Assembly: GCA_965222095.1 (NCBI GenBank) | Contig: CBDCTD010000003.1 | Location: 977,027-1,041,026 of the forward strand | Length of the DNA stretch: 64,000 bases | Direction of reading: 5' to 3' | Source of the DNA: Bryobacterales bacterium | GTDB taxonomy: Bacteria > Acidobacteriota > Terriglobia > Bryobacterales > UBA6623 | Part shown: positions 12,206 to 22,643 of the stretch, piece by piece | Numbering within the stretch: the first letter of the stretch is position 1 | Layout of the letters: every line of letters starts with the position of its first letter | The notes under the pieces: model-generated | Told to the model about the DNA's origin: nothing | Database searches by the model: none | Seen by the model: the letters and a program-made list of their open reading frames with translations, nothing else | Translations under genes and position numbers: made by a program

Positions 12206-13234
12206 CTAGTTGAGAAAGTACGTCTGATACAGCGTGTCGCGCTGCTTGGGGATGAAGCCGGCGCCGCGAATCATGCAGCGCAAGTCTTCTTCGCTGGCTT
12301 GATGAGAAGCGCCGGCCTGGCGGACGACGTTTTCCTCGAGCATAACGCTGCCGACGTCGTTTCCGCCGAAACGTAGCCCGAGCTGGCAAACCTTCAGGCC
12401 CTGGGTGACCCAGGAAGTTTGCACGTTGACAAAGTTGTCGAGGTACAGGCGCGAGAGGGCAAGGGTTTTGAGGAATTCGACTCCGGTGACTTCTTCCTTG
12501 ACGCGTCTCCCGAGCGAAGTATTCTCGGGCTGAAACGGCCAAGGGATGAAGGCCGTGAAGCCACCGGTCTCTTCCTGGAGCTGCCGCAGCGTCTCCAGGT
12601 GATTGACCCGGTGTTCGTAGGTTTCCCCGCAACCGAACATCATTGTCGCCGTCGTTCGCAGGCCTAGGCTATGAGCGGTCTTGTGCACGTCGATCCACTC
12701 GGCAGTGTTGCACTTCAGGCGGGCGATCCGGTGCCGCACCTCGTCGTCGAGGATTTCCGCTCCCGCTCCGGGGATCGAATCGAGGCCTGCGTCCCGCAAG
12801 CGTCGAATCGTATCGCGAATCGTCAGCCCGCTGACCTCGGCAATGGTTAGGATTTCCGGAGCCGACAGACAATGAAGATGGATCGGGTAGCGCTGCTTGA
12901 TCCAGCCGAAGAGTTCCTCGAAATATTCGATCTTGAGATCGGGGTTGACACCTCCCTGCATCAACACGCCGGTTCCGCCGAGATCGATCGTTTCTTGAAT
13001 CTTCTGGCCGATCGCTTCGTTCGGCAGAACGTAGCCCTCCTCATGCCCCATGGGGCGGTAGAAAGCACAGAAACTGCAATACTCGCTGCAGAAGTTGGTG
13101 TGATTGATATTGCGATCGATGATGTAGGTTGCAACGCCGTCCGGGTGGAACTTTCGCCGAACCGCGTCGGCCTCTACGCCGATGCCGATCAGGTCGTCGC
13201 TGCCGAGCAGCTCGAGAGCTTGCTCCTTGGTCAT
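12206..13234 (-). CDS. mqnC: Cyclic dehypoxanthinyl futalosine synthase (radical SAM)
   Basis: IDRNINHTNFCSEYCSFCAF (CX3CX2C), LMQGG, SIPGAGAEIL, TATMMFG; adjacent to mqnA. Confidence 0.9.
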   Translation of the reverse strand: MTKEQALELLGSDDLIGIGVEADAVRRKFHPDGVATYIIDRNINHTNFCSEYCSFCAFYRPMGHEEGYVLPNEAIGQKIQETIDLGGTGVLMQGGVNPDLKIEYFEELFGWIKQRYPIHLHCLSAPEILTIAEVSGLTIRDTIRRLRDAGLDSIPGAGAEILDDEVRHRIARLKCNTAEWIDVHKTAHSLGLRTTATMMFGCGETYEHRVNHLETLRQLQEETGGFTAFIPWPFQPENTSLGRRVKEEVTGVEFLKTLALSRLYLDNFVNVQTSWVTQGLKVCQLGLRFGGNDVGSVMLEENVVRQAGASHQASEEDLRCMIRGAGFIPKQRDTLYQTYFLN

Positions 13235-13235
13235 C

Positions 13236-14087
13236 TCACTCCCGCTCGGCGACGGCGGGCTCTTCCAAGTAGGCAAGCTCGGTGAGCGGTCCGACGAGGC
13301 CTAGCTCGGCGGCCGAGCGAAGGAATGTGATGAGACTTTTTTGCTCGCGCTCGCCGAGATCGAAGCTCGTGTGCTCCCTCAGATAGCGGCTCACCAGTTC
13401 TGGCGGCAGGTCTCGCTTTTCGCTCTCCGTGGCGATGATCTCGTCGATGTGTTGCCGCCCGTAGTCCGCGGAATCAACAAAGTGCACAGGCAGGTCGGGA
13501 TTAGCAGCCAGATTCTTCACAGCCCACACCGCAAAGACCATCGGAAGGCCTGTCATCTCGACCCACTCCGACCCCAGGTCGTAGACGAATATCGGACGCC
13601 CGCGCCAGTCGGTCTGCTCGGGATCGAGCCGCAGAGCAGGGTCGCCGATAATCAGCCCGGCGTCGGCCACCTCCAGCATGTCGTCGATCTTGGGCGGGTA
13701 CGGCCGCACCCGGGGACGCAAACCGTACTTTCTGGCCAGCAGTACTTGCGCCAGGGCGACCGAGGTGCGCGAGCTCGTGTCGGCGGCGAAGGACTCGATC
13801 GTTTCGATCGGCTTGAGCGATATGAGCAGCACACTGCGGACAGCCCCCCGGCACGAGATGGAGCAACCGGGAAGAACCAATAAGTCGGGCTGTCGGGCTA
13901 GCTCGATCGCAGGTACCAACCCGATGTCTGCTTCCCCCGCCCGCAAAGCGTCAGCACACTCGGAAGGCAGCGAGAATCGCAAGTCAAACAAGCCCCGTTG
14001 CGGGCCGTGGGAGAGGCCCCATACGAGCGGCGCGGTGTTCAAGTAGCTGACCGCCGAGACTCTCAACCGATCACTCATATCGAGCAT
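13236..14087 (-). CDS. mqnA: Chorismate dehydratase (futalosine pathway)
   Basis: VSYLNTAPL, SSRTS, IIGDPAL, DLGSEW, GLPMVFAVW. Confidence 0.92.
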   Translation of the reverse strand: MLDMSDRLRVSAVSYLNTAPLVWGLSHGPQRGLFDLRFSLPSECADALRAGEADIGLVPAIELARQPDLLVLPGCSISCRGAVRSVLLISLKPIETIESFAADTSSRTSVALAQVLLARKYGLRPRVRPYPPKIDDMLEVADAGLIIGDPALRLDPEQTDWRGRPIFVYDLGSEWVEMTGLPMVFAVWAVKNLAANPDLPVHFVDSADYGRQHIDEIIATESEKRDLPPELVSRYLREHTSFDLGEREQKSLITFLRSAAELGLVGPLTELAYLEEPAVAERE

Positions 14088-14345
14088 TTCAATTGTATCA
14101 GACCACTGTTTGAATTCTATCGTTCCATCCTTCCAGGCGTCAGTCGGCCGATGCCCTAACCGCTGATCAGAATCACAAAAAGATTGTTCCTAGCCCGGCT
14201 GGCGCCGGCTTGTTATGTCCGCCCGATGTCGAGCGTTCAACGGCTTAGGATAGTCGTCGGGCAAGTCGCGGTCTCTTCGCGCGGTGAAAGGGGGGCCGAA
14301 CCGAGATAGATCTTGTTCGCAAACGCACCGGCGACCCCGGCGGGC

Positions 14346-15059
14346 TCAGTTCGGGTACCGCTGACGGATATGGCTGAGCTCGGACGTCGAGATCTGAAGG
14401 AAAGCGTCGACAAGTCTTGGGTCGAATTGGCTGCCGCTACCGCGAGCTAACTCCCCGCGACCCTGTTCGATGGGCCGCGCCGCGCGGTAAGGACGTTGCG
14501 ACGTGATGGCGTCGAAGGTGTCGACGATGGCGAATAACCGCGACGCCAGAGGGATTTGCTCACCCCGAAGTCCCCGCGGGTATCCGCTGCCGTCAAACTT
14601 CTCGTGGTGGGTGTAAGCCAGTTCCGCTTCGTCAGCGAGTCCGGGCATTTTCGACAACAGCCGGTAACCGATCTGGGGATGGTCGCGCATCACGGTCCAC
14701 TCCTCGTCGGTCAGGCTTCCCTCTTTCAGTAATACGTTTCGCGGGATACCAATCTTGCCGACGTCGTGTAAGAGAGCACCGCGTTCGAGGCGGGTAAGCG
14801 CCTGGTCGGGAAACAAGCAGTGCTGTCCGAACAGGCGGCAGTAAGCGGCGACACGCTGAGAGTGCTGAAGCGTCTCGTAGCGCGTGCGCCTAAGCATTCG
14901 GAGGAGCCCCTGCAGTCGCTTGAATCGGCCGAGTCCGAGGGCCCGCCGGTCGGCAAGGGTCCGTAGGGTTGTTCGAATCTCCGGGTGGCGGCGTTTGGCG
15001 TCAGGTTCCAGATAGCCGCCGCCTACAGAGACCACATCGCGAGGGAGAGAAGATGCCAT
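14346..15059 (-). CDS. Stand-alone HD-GYP phosphodiesterase
   Basis: HSQRV, LLHDVGKIG, HHEKFDGSGYP, VDTFDA, RPYR. Confidence 0.92.
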   Translation of the reverse strand: MASSLPRDVVSVGGGYLEPDAKRRHPEIRTTLRTLADRRALGLGRFKRLQGLLRMLRRTRYETLQHSQRVAAYCRLFGQHCLFPDQALTRLERGALLHDVGKIGIPRNVLLKEGSLTDEEWTVMRDHPQIGYRLLSKMPGLADEAELAYTHHEKFDGSGYPRGLRGEQIPLASRLFAIVDTFDAITSQRPYRAARPIEQGRGELARGSGSQFDPRLVDAFLQISTSELSHIRQRYPN

Positions 15060-15266
15060 CCGCCGTTGTCCCGACTTCCGAACAGTTATCGACAGACAGC
15101 GGACAACGGATTAGCCTGGGTTTTCAGAGTCAGGTCACGACGGCGTGCTATCGCGCCGGCTCAAACGCGATAGCAAGAGAGGGAGCCGTGGCTAGGGCAA
15201 CGAAAAGCGAGCCGGAGGAAGTGACTGGCGAAGAGATCGAGCGGCGGGACCAAACCCGGCAGGCTG

Positions 15267-16343
15267 CTACGCCAGTTTCGCCAAAATGGCGCTTGTTACA
15301 TCTCCCGTGGAGGATTGCCCGCCGAGGTCGGCCGGGAGGGATCTGCCCTCGGCAAGTGTTTCGGCTACGGCTTTCTCGACTGCCTTCGCGGCTTCGTCCA
15401 AGCCAAGAAAATCGAACATCATGGCACCGCTGAGGATCATCGCAATCGGGTTTACGATGCCTTTGCCCGCGATGTCGGGGGCCGACCCGTGCACAGGTTC
15501 GAACATGGAAGGAGATTCTCGGGAGGGGTTCAAGTTCGCGCTCGGGGCCAGGCCTAGGCTGCCGGTAAGAGCCGCTGCCAGATCACTGAGGATATCGCCG
15601 AACAGGTTCGACGCTACCACAACATCAAAGCTTTCCGGCCTGCGAACAAAGTGGATGGCCGCCGCGTCTACCAACAACGACTCGGTTTCGATGTCACCGT
15701 AGTCCCGGGCCACCTCGGCAAACGTGTCGTCCCACAAGACCATGCTGTAGCCTTGCGCGTTCGATTTCGTGATCGACGTCACGCGCTTCTTGGCACCTCG
15801 GGTCCGCGCCAGCTCGAACGCAAACCGAACGATGCGCTCGACCCCGCGGCGGGTGAAAAGGGCCGTCTGAATCGCCACCTCGTCGGGTGTGTGGCGATAA
15901 AGGAAGCCTCCAGCCTGGCTGTATTCCCCTTCCGTGTTTTCGCGCACGATGACCAAGTCGATCCGGTCCGGGCGGCTTAGGGGAGTGCTTACGCCAGGGT
16001 AGAGTTTCGCTGGGCGCACACATGCATACTGGTCAAAGCCACGGCGAATCGGCAACAGCAGACCGTTCAGGGTCGTATGGTCGGGCACCTCGGGATGGCC
16101 AACGGCACCCAGCAAGATCGCGTCAAACGACCGCAACTGGTCGATGCCGTCGTCGGGCATCATCTGCCCATGCCGCAAGTAATAGGCCGTCCCCCACTCC
16201 AACTCCGTGTACCGAAAACTGACGCCGCTCGGCTCGGACACGGTGTCAAGGACCCTGCGAGCCTCCGGCATGACCTCGAGGCCCACGCCATCGCCGGGAA
16301 TCATCGCGACGGAGAATTCACGCATTCGCGACCATTGTGGCAT
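15267..16343 (-). CDS. Tartrate dehydrogenase / isopropylmalate dehydrogenase family protein
   Basis: IPGDGVG, RENTEGEY, TKSNA, SNLFGDILSD, FEPVHGSAPDIAG; ATG 16325 is an alternative start. Confidence 0.9.
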   Translation of the reverse strand: MPQWSRMREFSVAMIPGDGVGLEVMPEARRVLDTVSEPSGVSFRYTELEWGTAYYLRHGQMMPDDGIDQLRSFDAILLGAVGHPEVPDHTTLNGLLLPIRRGFDQYACVRPAKLYPGVSTPLSRPDRIDLVIVRENTEGEYSQAGGFLYRHTPDEVAIQTALFTRRGVERIVRFAFELARTRGAKKRVTSITKSNAQGYSMVLWDDTFAEVARDYGDIETESLLVDAAAIHFVRRPESFDVVVASNLFGDILSDLAAALTGSLGLAPSANLNPSRESPSMFEPVHGSAPDIAGKGIVNPIAMILSGAMMFDFLGLDEAAKAVEKAVAETLAEGRSLPADLGGQSSTGDVTSAILAKLA

Positions 16344-16492
16344 ACCTTGATTGCTTTCGATCCTCGAACTTTGCCGCCCCGCTGGCCGACAAGATCACCC
16401 TAAGTGTCCGTCCTCGTAACGCTTGTGGGTTGCGATGAGTAGCCCCCCCCTTACGCAAAGCAATTTGGATTAGGCCGATAAAAATTATCTTC

Positions 16493-16521
16493 TTGCATGG
16501 CCGGCGGTCCTCGCTTAGAGT
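16493..16521 (+). promoter_or_regulatory. Putative sigma70 promoter for the porin gene
   Basis: TTGCAT-17 bp-TAGAGT, preceded by the palindrome GATAA-AAA-TTATC. Confidence 0.35.
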
Positions 16522-16718
16522 GAGATTAAAGATTCGACCAGCAAGACGTCTAGTGGGGTCGTATAGGTGTTTGGGCGTTTCGCGGTCAGGCACGCCACTC
16601 GACGATGTAAGCGTTCGGAAGAGAGACGTTTCCGGGGATTTCTGTTAGCGCGAAGGGAGAGTGCCCGCAGCGTCTACATATTAGTAATACTTATCGGAAG
16701 AGCCGGGGGACGTTCAAC

Positions 16719-17462
16719 ATGACATCGATTCATAGGATTGTGATTCCATTCGCCGCGGTGGCGCTGCTGGGCGTGGGCAACCTGGCGGCTCAGGACGACG
16801 AGAGCCCTGTGAGTGTGTCTTTCGACACAACGTTCGTGAACAAGTACGTTTGGCGCGGCCAAAAACTGAACGACAACGCGTCGATCCAACCTGGCATTTC
16901 GATCGGTTACAAGGGTCTGTCGATCTCTTCGTGGAGCCAGTTCTCGCACACGGGCTTTGGCGACAGCGGCGTCGCCGGCAACCACTGGACCGAGCACGAT
17001 TTCACCATGGACTACGGTTTCGCGCTCAACGACAAGGTCTCGGTCAACGTGGGCTGGATCAACTACGCGTTCCCGAACTTCAACGACGGGCGCTATTCAA
17101 ACGAGATCTACGGCGCGGTGAGCGTCGACACGATTCTGCAACCGAGCATCGGTGTCTACGGCGACCCGCACAACGGCAACGGCATGTACTACAGCTTCGG
17201 CATCGGCCATGGCGTTGACCTCGGTCATGGCTTCGCCCTGAGTCTGTCAACTTCCGTGGGCATCAACCAGCACCAATGGATCGACACGACCACCGTTTCA
17301 GACGTTGTTTTCGGGATAGGTCTTGATATTCCGATCAGCGATCACGTCACGCTGTCGCCGTTCTGGAACTACATTACGGGTGACGATGACCTGCGGACCG
17401 GCCCGGATGCTTTCTTCTTCACCGGTCACCTCGGCGGAGTGAATCTGAACATCAGCTACTAG
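16719..17462 (+). CDS. Outer membrane beta-barrel, TorF-like putative porin
   Basis: Signal peptide, NKYVWRG, ASIQP, EHDF, alternating beta pattern, C-terminal aromatic Tyr. Confidence 0.75.
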   Translation: MTSIHRIVIPFAAVALLGVGNLAAQDDESPVSVSFDTTFVNKYVWRGQKLNDNASIQPGISIGYKGLSISSWSQFSHTGFGDSGVAGNHWTEHDFTMDYGFALNDKVSVNVGWINYAFPNFNDGRYSNEIYGAVSVDTILQPSIGVYGDPHNGNGMYYSFGIGHGVDLGHGFALSLSTSVGINQHQWIDTTTVSDVVFGIGLDIPISDHVTLSPFWNYITGDDDLRTGPDAFFFTGHLGGVNLNISY

Positions 17463-17471
17463 TCGTGATCG

Positions 17472-18080
17472 TCAGGCACGTTGGAGATCCCGAAGCGCCG
17501 CTACGGTCTCGGTGACCGAGGGGCTTCGCTGGAACAAAGAAATCGCCGCGATTCCCGCAGCACCCCTCCCCAGGCACTGGGATGCGTTCTCAAGCTGAAC
17601 GCCTCCCAGTGCCAAAACAGGTATCTTCACCCGGTCGCAAGCCTCGCCCAGCGCCTCCAGTCCCCGAGCCGGACCGTACTGCCCCTTGGAGGCAGTTTCA
17701 AATACCGGGCCAAAGACCGTGAAATCCGCTCCCTCTGCCTCCGCCCGCCGCACTTCGTCGGCGCTGTGACACGAAGTACCGACTAAGAAGTCCTTCGGTG
17801 TCACCGAGCGGATGTTGGACGCACTTACGGCGCCGGCCGGTAAGTGGACTCCATGCGCACCGACGGCTAATGCCACATCCACCCGGCTGTTGACGAGTAC
17901 CCGAGTCCCACGAACGTTCGGTAGTTTGAGGACAGCCTCAGTAAGCTGGAAGAGTTCTCGCGCCGGGAGGTCCTTCTCGCGGATTTGCAGCAGGTCTAGC
18001 CCGGCTTCGAGTAGCCTGCTCAGGTGCTCGAGCAAGTCGCCTTGCTGCTGCCGGCGGTCGGTGATGGCGCAGAGCATCAT
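17472..18080 (-). CDS. thiE: Thiamine phosphate synthase / TenI family
   Basis: LQIREK, GVHLP, SCHS, FGPVFETASK, ALGG. Confidence 0.8.
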   Translation of the reverse strand: MMLCAITDRRQQQGDLLEHLSRLLEAGLDLLQIREKDLPARELFQLTEAVLKLPNVRGTRVLVNSRVDVALAVGAHGVHLPAGAVSASNIRSVTPKDFLVGTSCHSADEVRRAEAEGADFTVFGPVFETASKGQYGPARGLEALGEACDRVKIPVLALGGVQLENASQCLGRGAAGIAAISLFQRSPSVTETVAALRDLQRA

Positions 18081-18185
18081 GGGGGAACTTCCATCGCCCG
18101 CGAGGGCACCCGCTCGGCTCAGCGGCCGTTCCTAACGGGACCCGACTTTTGCGCCCTCGCCCAAATCTCTCCCCCGTCGCAACCG

Positions 18186-18322
18186 GAGCCGCGAACGCTA
18201 GTGAGCGGTCACGCCTCGCGACAAGCAAAACAGAGCCGCGCGGACGGAAGGGGCTGTGAAAAAACCCTGGGTACAGTCCCCGCGCGCCGAACGTGCTCCC
18301 GGTAAAGTCCATGCGACAGCCC
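18186..18322. repeat. REP copy plus short MITE-like element
   Basis: GAGCCGCGAACGCTAGTGAGCGGTC matches 61808-61832 (reverse complement) at 21/25; then GGGCTGT...ACAGCCC ends enclosing GGGTACAGTCCCC. Confidence 0.55.
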
Positions 18323-18328
18323 TTGATC

Positions 18329-19429
18329 TCAGGAATCTGCCTCGCCCTGCCGCGGGAAAACCCAAACGGCGTCAGGAGGGAACTCGAGCGTCCAGCGCCG
18401 CGCACTCTTCCCCTTCTCGTAAAGCGCTCGGGAGACATAGGCGGAGAATGCTCCCGGGAAGACTAACCGCACCTGATCAGGCATTTCAATCACGTCAGTC
18501 AGAGACAGAGCGAGGTGCTGTTGTTCCACGGCGCCGTTAGACGGTGCGGCGATCACGCGTTCGGGCCGGATGCAGAGCTGGACGCGCTCTCCAGCTGACC
18601 GGCCAGGCAGGAAGGACGTCAAGATTCGAAGCTCGCCCGCCTGCAGCCGGGTCTGATTGTTGTCGGGGTCGAGTTCCGATACCACAGCCTCCGTCACGTC
18701 GGATAGGCCCAGAAGCTGGGCAACCGCGGTCGAGGCGGGGCGCTCGTAGACTTCGCGCGGCGGCCCTTGCTGAACGATCCGTCCGTGGCGGAAAACCAGC
18801 ATCCGATCTCCCAACTCGAAAGCCTCTTCTAGGTCGTGCGTGACCAGCAACATCGGCAACCGATACTCGGAACGGATTTGGCGCAGGATATCGTAGAGCT
18901 GGCGGCGCAAACCGACATCAAGCGCCCGAGCCGGTTCGTCAAGCAGCAGTAGGCGCGGTTGATTGACTAGAGTGCGCGCGATAGCGCCGCGCTGGCGTTC
19001 GCCTCCGGACAACTCGTGGGGCCGGCGACCCGCCAGGGCCCCGAGTCGAAACGAGTCCAAGACCTGCAAGATCCGGCGTTTTCTGTGTCCGGGTTCTAGA
19101 TCGGCGGCGGCGAATTCGAGATTCCCGCGCAGACTCATGTGGGGGAACAGAGCGTCCTTTTGAAAAACGTAGCCGCAGCGCCGTCGACGGGCCGGCAGAA
19201 AAGTCCCGCGATTGGAATCGAACAGCGTTTCTCCCGCTAGGCGGACGTAGCCCGAATCCGGTTGCACGAATCCGGCGACAGATTCCAGGGTCAGTGTTTT
19301 CCCGGAGCCGCTGGGGCCAAACAGCACCGTGATTTCGTCTCCAGCCTCGAAGGAAACTGAAAGCCTAAAACCGGCGGAATCCGGCCCACTCGGGTACGCC
19401 TTTTCGAGCTGTGCCTCCAGGGTCGTCAT
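18329..19429 (-). CDS. modC: Molybdate ABC transporter ATP-binding protein
   Basis: Walker A GPSGSGKT, LSGGE, LLLLDEP, C-terminal TOBE-like region; follows modB. Confidence 0.88.
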   Translation of the reverse strand: MTTLEAQLEKAYPSGPDSAGFRLSVSFEAGDEITVLFGPSGSGKTLTLESVAGFVQPDSGYVRLAGETLFDSNRGTFLPARRRRCGYVFQKDALFPHMSLRGNLEFAAADLEPGHRKRRILQVLDSFRLGALAGRRPHELSGGERQRGAIARTLVNQPRLLLLDEPARALDVGLRRQLYDILRQIRSEYRLPMLLVTHDLEEAFELGDRMLVFRHGRIVQQGPPREVYERPASTAVAQLLGLSDVTEAVVSELDPDNNQTRLQAGELRILTSFLPGRSAGERVQLCIRPERVIAAPSNGAVEQQHLALSLTDVIEMPDQVRLVFPGAFSAYVSRALYEKGKSARRWTLEFPPDAVWVFPRQGEADS

Positions 19430-20106
19430 TAGTACGCCCGCTTCGCACCGGCGCGGTTTACCAGGTAAAGCACGCTGACCGCAAGAACCGACATTACGAC
19501 CACCAGCGAGTTCGCCAACAGTGTGTCGCCGGCTTGATAGGCGTCGTAAATGGCCACCGACATGGTTTGCGTCCTGCCAGGCAGATTTCCAGCGATCATG
19601 ATCGTCACGCCGAAGTCTCCCAGCGACCGCGCAAAGGCGAAAATCGTCGCCGCGATAATCGAACGCCGGGCCAAAGGCACGCTAACCCTCCAAAAGACCC
19701 GCCATTCACTCGCTCCCAGGCTGCGAGCCGCATTTTCCAACGTGTGATCCACAGAGTCGAAAGCAGCCCGCGCCGCTCGAACCAAAAGAGGAATGGAGTG
19801 GAAACATGCCGCCACGACGGCCGCCTGCCAAGTGAAAACCAGTGGTTGGCCAAAGAGGCCTTCGTAGACTTGACCCAGCGGGCTTGCGCGGCCCAGTAGC
19901 ACCAACAGGTAGTAGCCTAGCACCGTTGGCGGCAACACGATGGGCAGCGTGACCAGCGTCTCAAGGAGGTTCTTGCCCCAAAACCGCCCGTGAACGAGCG
20001 CATACGCCACCGCTAAACCTACTGAGATCGAAACGATCGTCGCCAGGCAAGCCACACGCAAGCTCAACCACAAGGGAAACCAATCCACTGTCTGTAGAAT
20101 TGACAT
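19429..20106 (-). CDS. modB: Molybdate ABC transporter permease
   Basis: LPIVLPPTVLGYYLL, ENAARSLG, FARSLGDFG, AGNLPGRTQT. Confidence 0.92.
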   Translation of the reverse strand: MSILQTVDWFPLWLSLRVACLATIVSISVGLAVAYALVHGRFWGKNLLETLVTLPIVLPPTVLGYYLLVLLGRASPLGQVYEGLFGQPLVFTWQAAVVAACFHSIPLLVRAARAAFDSVDHTLENAARSLGASEWRVFWRVSVPLARRSIIAATIFAFARSLGDFGVTIMIAGNLPGRTQTMSVAIYDAYQAGDTLLANSLVVVMSVLAVSVLYLVNRAGAKRAY

Positions 20107-20199
20107 TTGCCTAGATGAGATTATAGCCGGAGGGCACCTCCCTAGTGGTGTACTCAGATTGGCTTAAGAGTCCCGTGGTGAGATCTGCGGCTCCGATCC

Positions 20200-20357
20200 C
20201 TAGCAGCCCCCGTGGTAGAAATAGGTTCGGCGAAGAATGGGGACTGTCAACGATTTTCGCTTCCGCTAACTGCTTTGTTTCCAACGCTGGTCTGGACGAC
20301 GAAAATCGGTGACTGTACCGATTCTGTGGGACGAAGGACTTTCACCACGAGCTGTAG
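20200..20357. repeat. Degenerate MITE with internal GGGGACTGTC-type REP
   Basis: Imperfect terminal IRs CTAGCAGCCCCCGTGGTAGAA / TTCACCACGAGCTGTAG; inside GGGGACTGTCAACGATTTTCG ... CGAAAATCGGTGACTGTACC. Confidence 0.55.
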
Positions 20358-20454
20358 GGTCAGCCTACCGAGGCGTGATCCTCGATGCAGTGGACAAGAA
20401 GTCACTTTGTTTAGAATCACTTACAAAAATTCTGGCTCGCAGACCACCTGCTAT

Positions 20455-20484
20455 ATTGACAATGAAACACTAAAGTTTAATAAT
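20455..20484 (+). promoter_or_regulatory. dnaK promoter overlapped by a HAIR-like HspR operator
   Basis: TTGACA(20456)-17 bp-AATAAT; ATTGACA-N7-ACTAAAG versus HAIR consensus CTTGAGT-N7-ACTCAAG. Confidence 0.6.
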
Positions 20485-20589
20485 AGATAGAGGCTAAGAA
20501 AATACCCCTGTGGACTCTCGCCCGCTTGAATCGCCGAGTGCGGGCCCGAGATCTCTGAGGGGATGGTTCAGGAACAAGGAGAAGCCACA

Positions 20590-22539
20590 ATGGCGAAGAT
20601 TATTGGGATCGACCTTGGCACAACGAATTCGGTCGTTGCCGTCATGCAGGCGGGGCAGCCCGCAGTGATTGCTAATCAGGAGGGAGGGCGGACGACGCCC
20701 TCGGTGGTGGCGTTTACCAAGAACGATGAGCGATTGGCGGGACAAGCGGCCAAACGACAGGCGATCACGAATCCAGAGAACACAGTTTTTTCCATTAAGC
20801 GCTTCATGGGCCGGCGTGCCGAGGAAGTGACCGAGGAGACCGGGATGGTCCCCTACGAAGTTGTTCCGACTGGTGAGCTGATCAAGATCAAAATCGAAGA
20901 CAAGCAGTATCCGCCGCAGGAGATTTCGGCCGTCATTCTCAGCAAGCTAAAAGAAGCGGCTGAGTCGTACTTGGGTGAAAAGATCACCAAGGCGGTGATC
21001 ACCGTCCCTGCGTATTTCAACGACTCACAGCGGCAGGCCACGAAAGATGCCGGAAAGATCGCCGGGCTTGAGGTCTTGCGAATCATCAATGAGCCGACGG
21101 CGGCGGCTCTTGCCTATGGCCTTGACAAGAAGAAGAACGAGACGATTGCGGTTTACGACTTTGGGGGCGGCACCTTTGACATTTCGATTTTGGAAGTTGG
21201 CGAGGGGGTCGTCGAGGTCAAGGCTACCAACGGCGACACGCACCTAGGCGGTGACAACATTGATCACATGTTGATCGAGTGGATCGTCGGAGAATTCAAA
21301 AAGGAGCAAGGGATTGATCTTTCCGGCGACAAGATGGCTCTGCAGAGGCTCAAGGAGGCCGCCGAGAAGGCCAAGATGGATCTCTCCACGCTTCTCGAGA
21401 CCGACATCAACCTGCCGTTCATAACAGCAGACGCAAGTGGCCCCAAGCACTTGCAACTGAAGCTGACTCGGGCGCGGCTCGAGCAAATGATGGAGCCCCT
21501 CTTGAGGCGCACGATGGAGCCTTGTAAGCAGGCTCTGGCTGACTCCGGGTTATCTCCCAACCAGATTGACGAGATCGTTCTCGTGGGCGGCTCGACTCGC
21601 ATCCCTCGAGCCCAGCAGATCGTCAAAGATCTGTTCGGCAAAGACCCCCACAAGGGCGTCAATCCTGACGAAGTCGTTGCCATCGGAGCCGCAGTTCAGG
21701 GCGGCGTGTTAGGCGGAGAGGTCAAGGATGTTCTCTTACTCGACGTAACACCGCTATCCCTCGGAATCGAGACTCTCGGGGGTGTGTTCACGAAGCTGAT
21801 CGAGCGCAATACCACCATTCCCACCCGCAAGGGCGAAGTCTTTTCGACCGCTGCCGACAGCCAGACCTCGGTGGAGATCAAGGTCTATCAGGGCGAGCGT
21901 TCCATGGCGTCGGACAATCGCTTGCTGGGCGTCTTCCAGCTAGTCGGGATTCCGCCGGCTCCGCGGGGGATTCCGCAGATCGAAGTGACATTCGACATCG
22001 ATGCCAACGGGATACTAAACGTATCCGCGAAGGACAAGGCGACTTCGAAAGAGCAGAAGATCACGATTACCAGCTCGTCGGGGTTGTCGAAAGAGGAAGT
22101 CGAAAAGATTGCCAAGGACGCCGAATCGCATTCGGCGGAAGACCGTCTGCGGCACGACGAGGTAGACGCTCGCAATCGGGCGGACGCCATGGTCTACAGC
22201 ACCGAGAAGACGCTCAAGGAGCATCGCGACAAGGTCAGTGACGAAGACGCCAGCAAGATCGAGGCGGCCATTGAAGAAACTAGGAAGGCCGTGCAGGGAA
22301 GTAATCTCGATGTGATCAACAAAGCAATCGAGAACCTGACGCAGGCAAGTCACAAGTTGGCCGAAGCCATGTACAAGTCCACGGCATCCGAGACTCCTCC
22401 CGATGGAGCACCGCCCGATGCCGAAGCGGCGGGGTCATCGGACGGCGCGGGTGCAGGCGACTCAGGAGGCGACAAGAAAGATAAAGACGATGTTGTCGAC
22501 GCCGAGTTTGTCGACGTCGATGATAAACCCAAGGGGTGA
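20590..22539 (+). CDS. dnaK: Chaperone DnaK
   Basis: [40 protein letters not shown]-terminal VVDAEF; AAGGAG RBS. Confidence 0.98.
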   Translation: MAKIIGIDLGTTNSVVAVMQAGQPAVIANQEGGRTTPSVVAFTKNDERLAGQAAKRQAITNPENTVFSIKRFMGRRAEEVTEETGMVPYEVVPTGELIKIKIEDKQYPPQEISAVILSKLKEAAESYLGEKITKAVITVPAYFNDSQRQATKDAGKIAGLEVLRIINEPTAAALAYGLDKKKNETIAVYDFGGGTFDISILEVGEGVVEVKATNGDTHLGGDNIDHMLIEWIVGEFKKEQGIDLSGDKMALQRLKEAAEKAKMDLSTLLETDINLPFITADASGPKHLQLKLTRARLEQMMEPLLRRTMEPCKQALADSGLSPNQIDEIVLVGGSTRIPRAQQIVKDLFGKDPHKGVNPDEVVAIGAAVQGGVLGGEVKDVLLLDVTPLSLGIETLGGVFTKLIERNTTIPTRKGEVFSTAADSQTSVEIKVYQGERSMASDNRLLGVFQLVGIPPAPRGIPQIEVTFDIDANGILNVSAKDKATSKEQKITITSSSGLSKEEVEKIAKDAESHSAEDRLRHDEVDARNRADAMVYSTEKTLKEHRDKVSDEDASKIEAAIEETRKAVQGSNLDVINKAIENLTQASHKLAEAMYKSTASETPPDGAPPDAEAAGSSDGAGAGDSGGDKKDKDDVVDAEFVDVDDKPKG

Positions 22540-22643
22540 CGAGAAGACATTAGCTTTTTCTGGCGGCTGCAGATCGATACGGCCAGCAGTGGAGAGCGCT
22601 TAGTATTGCTTGCTGTAGTCGATAGGTTGATAGGGCGGATGCT

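Noticed and set aside
16395-16455. Possible Moco riboswitch (CCTAAG...GGGTT)
   Set aside because: Missing the GGAAAC loop and GCCTCCCG elements, and lies upstream of the predicted promoter.
18081-18328. Possible TPP riboswitch upstream of thiE
   Set aside because: The spacer is explained by REP/MITE sequence and lacks the aptamer core.
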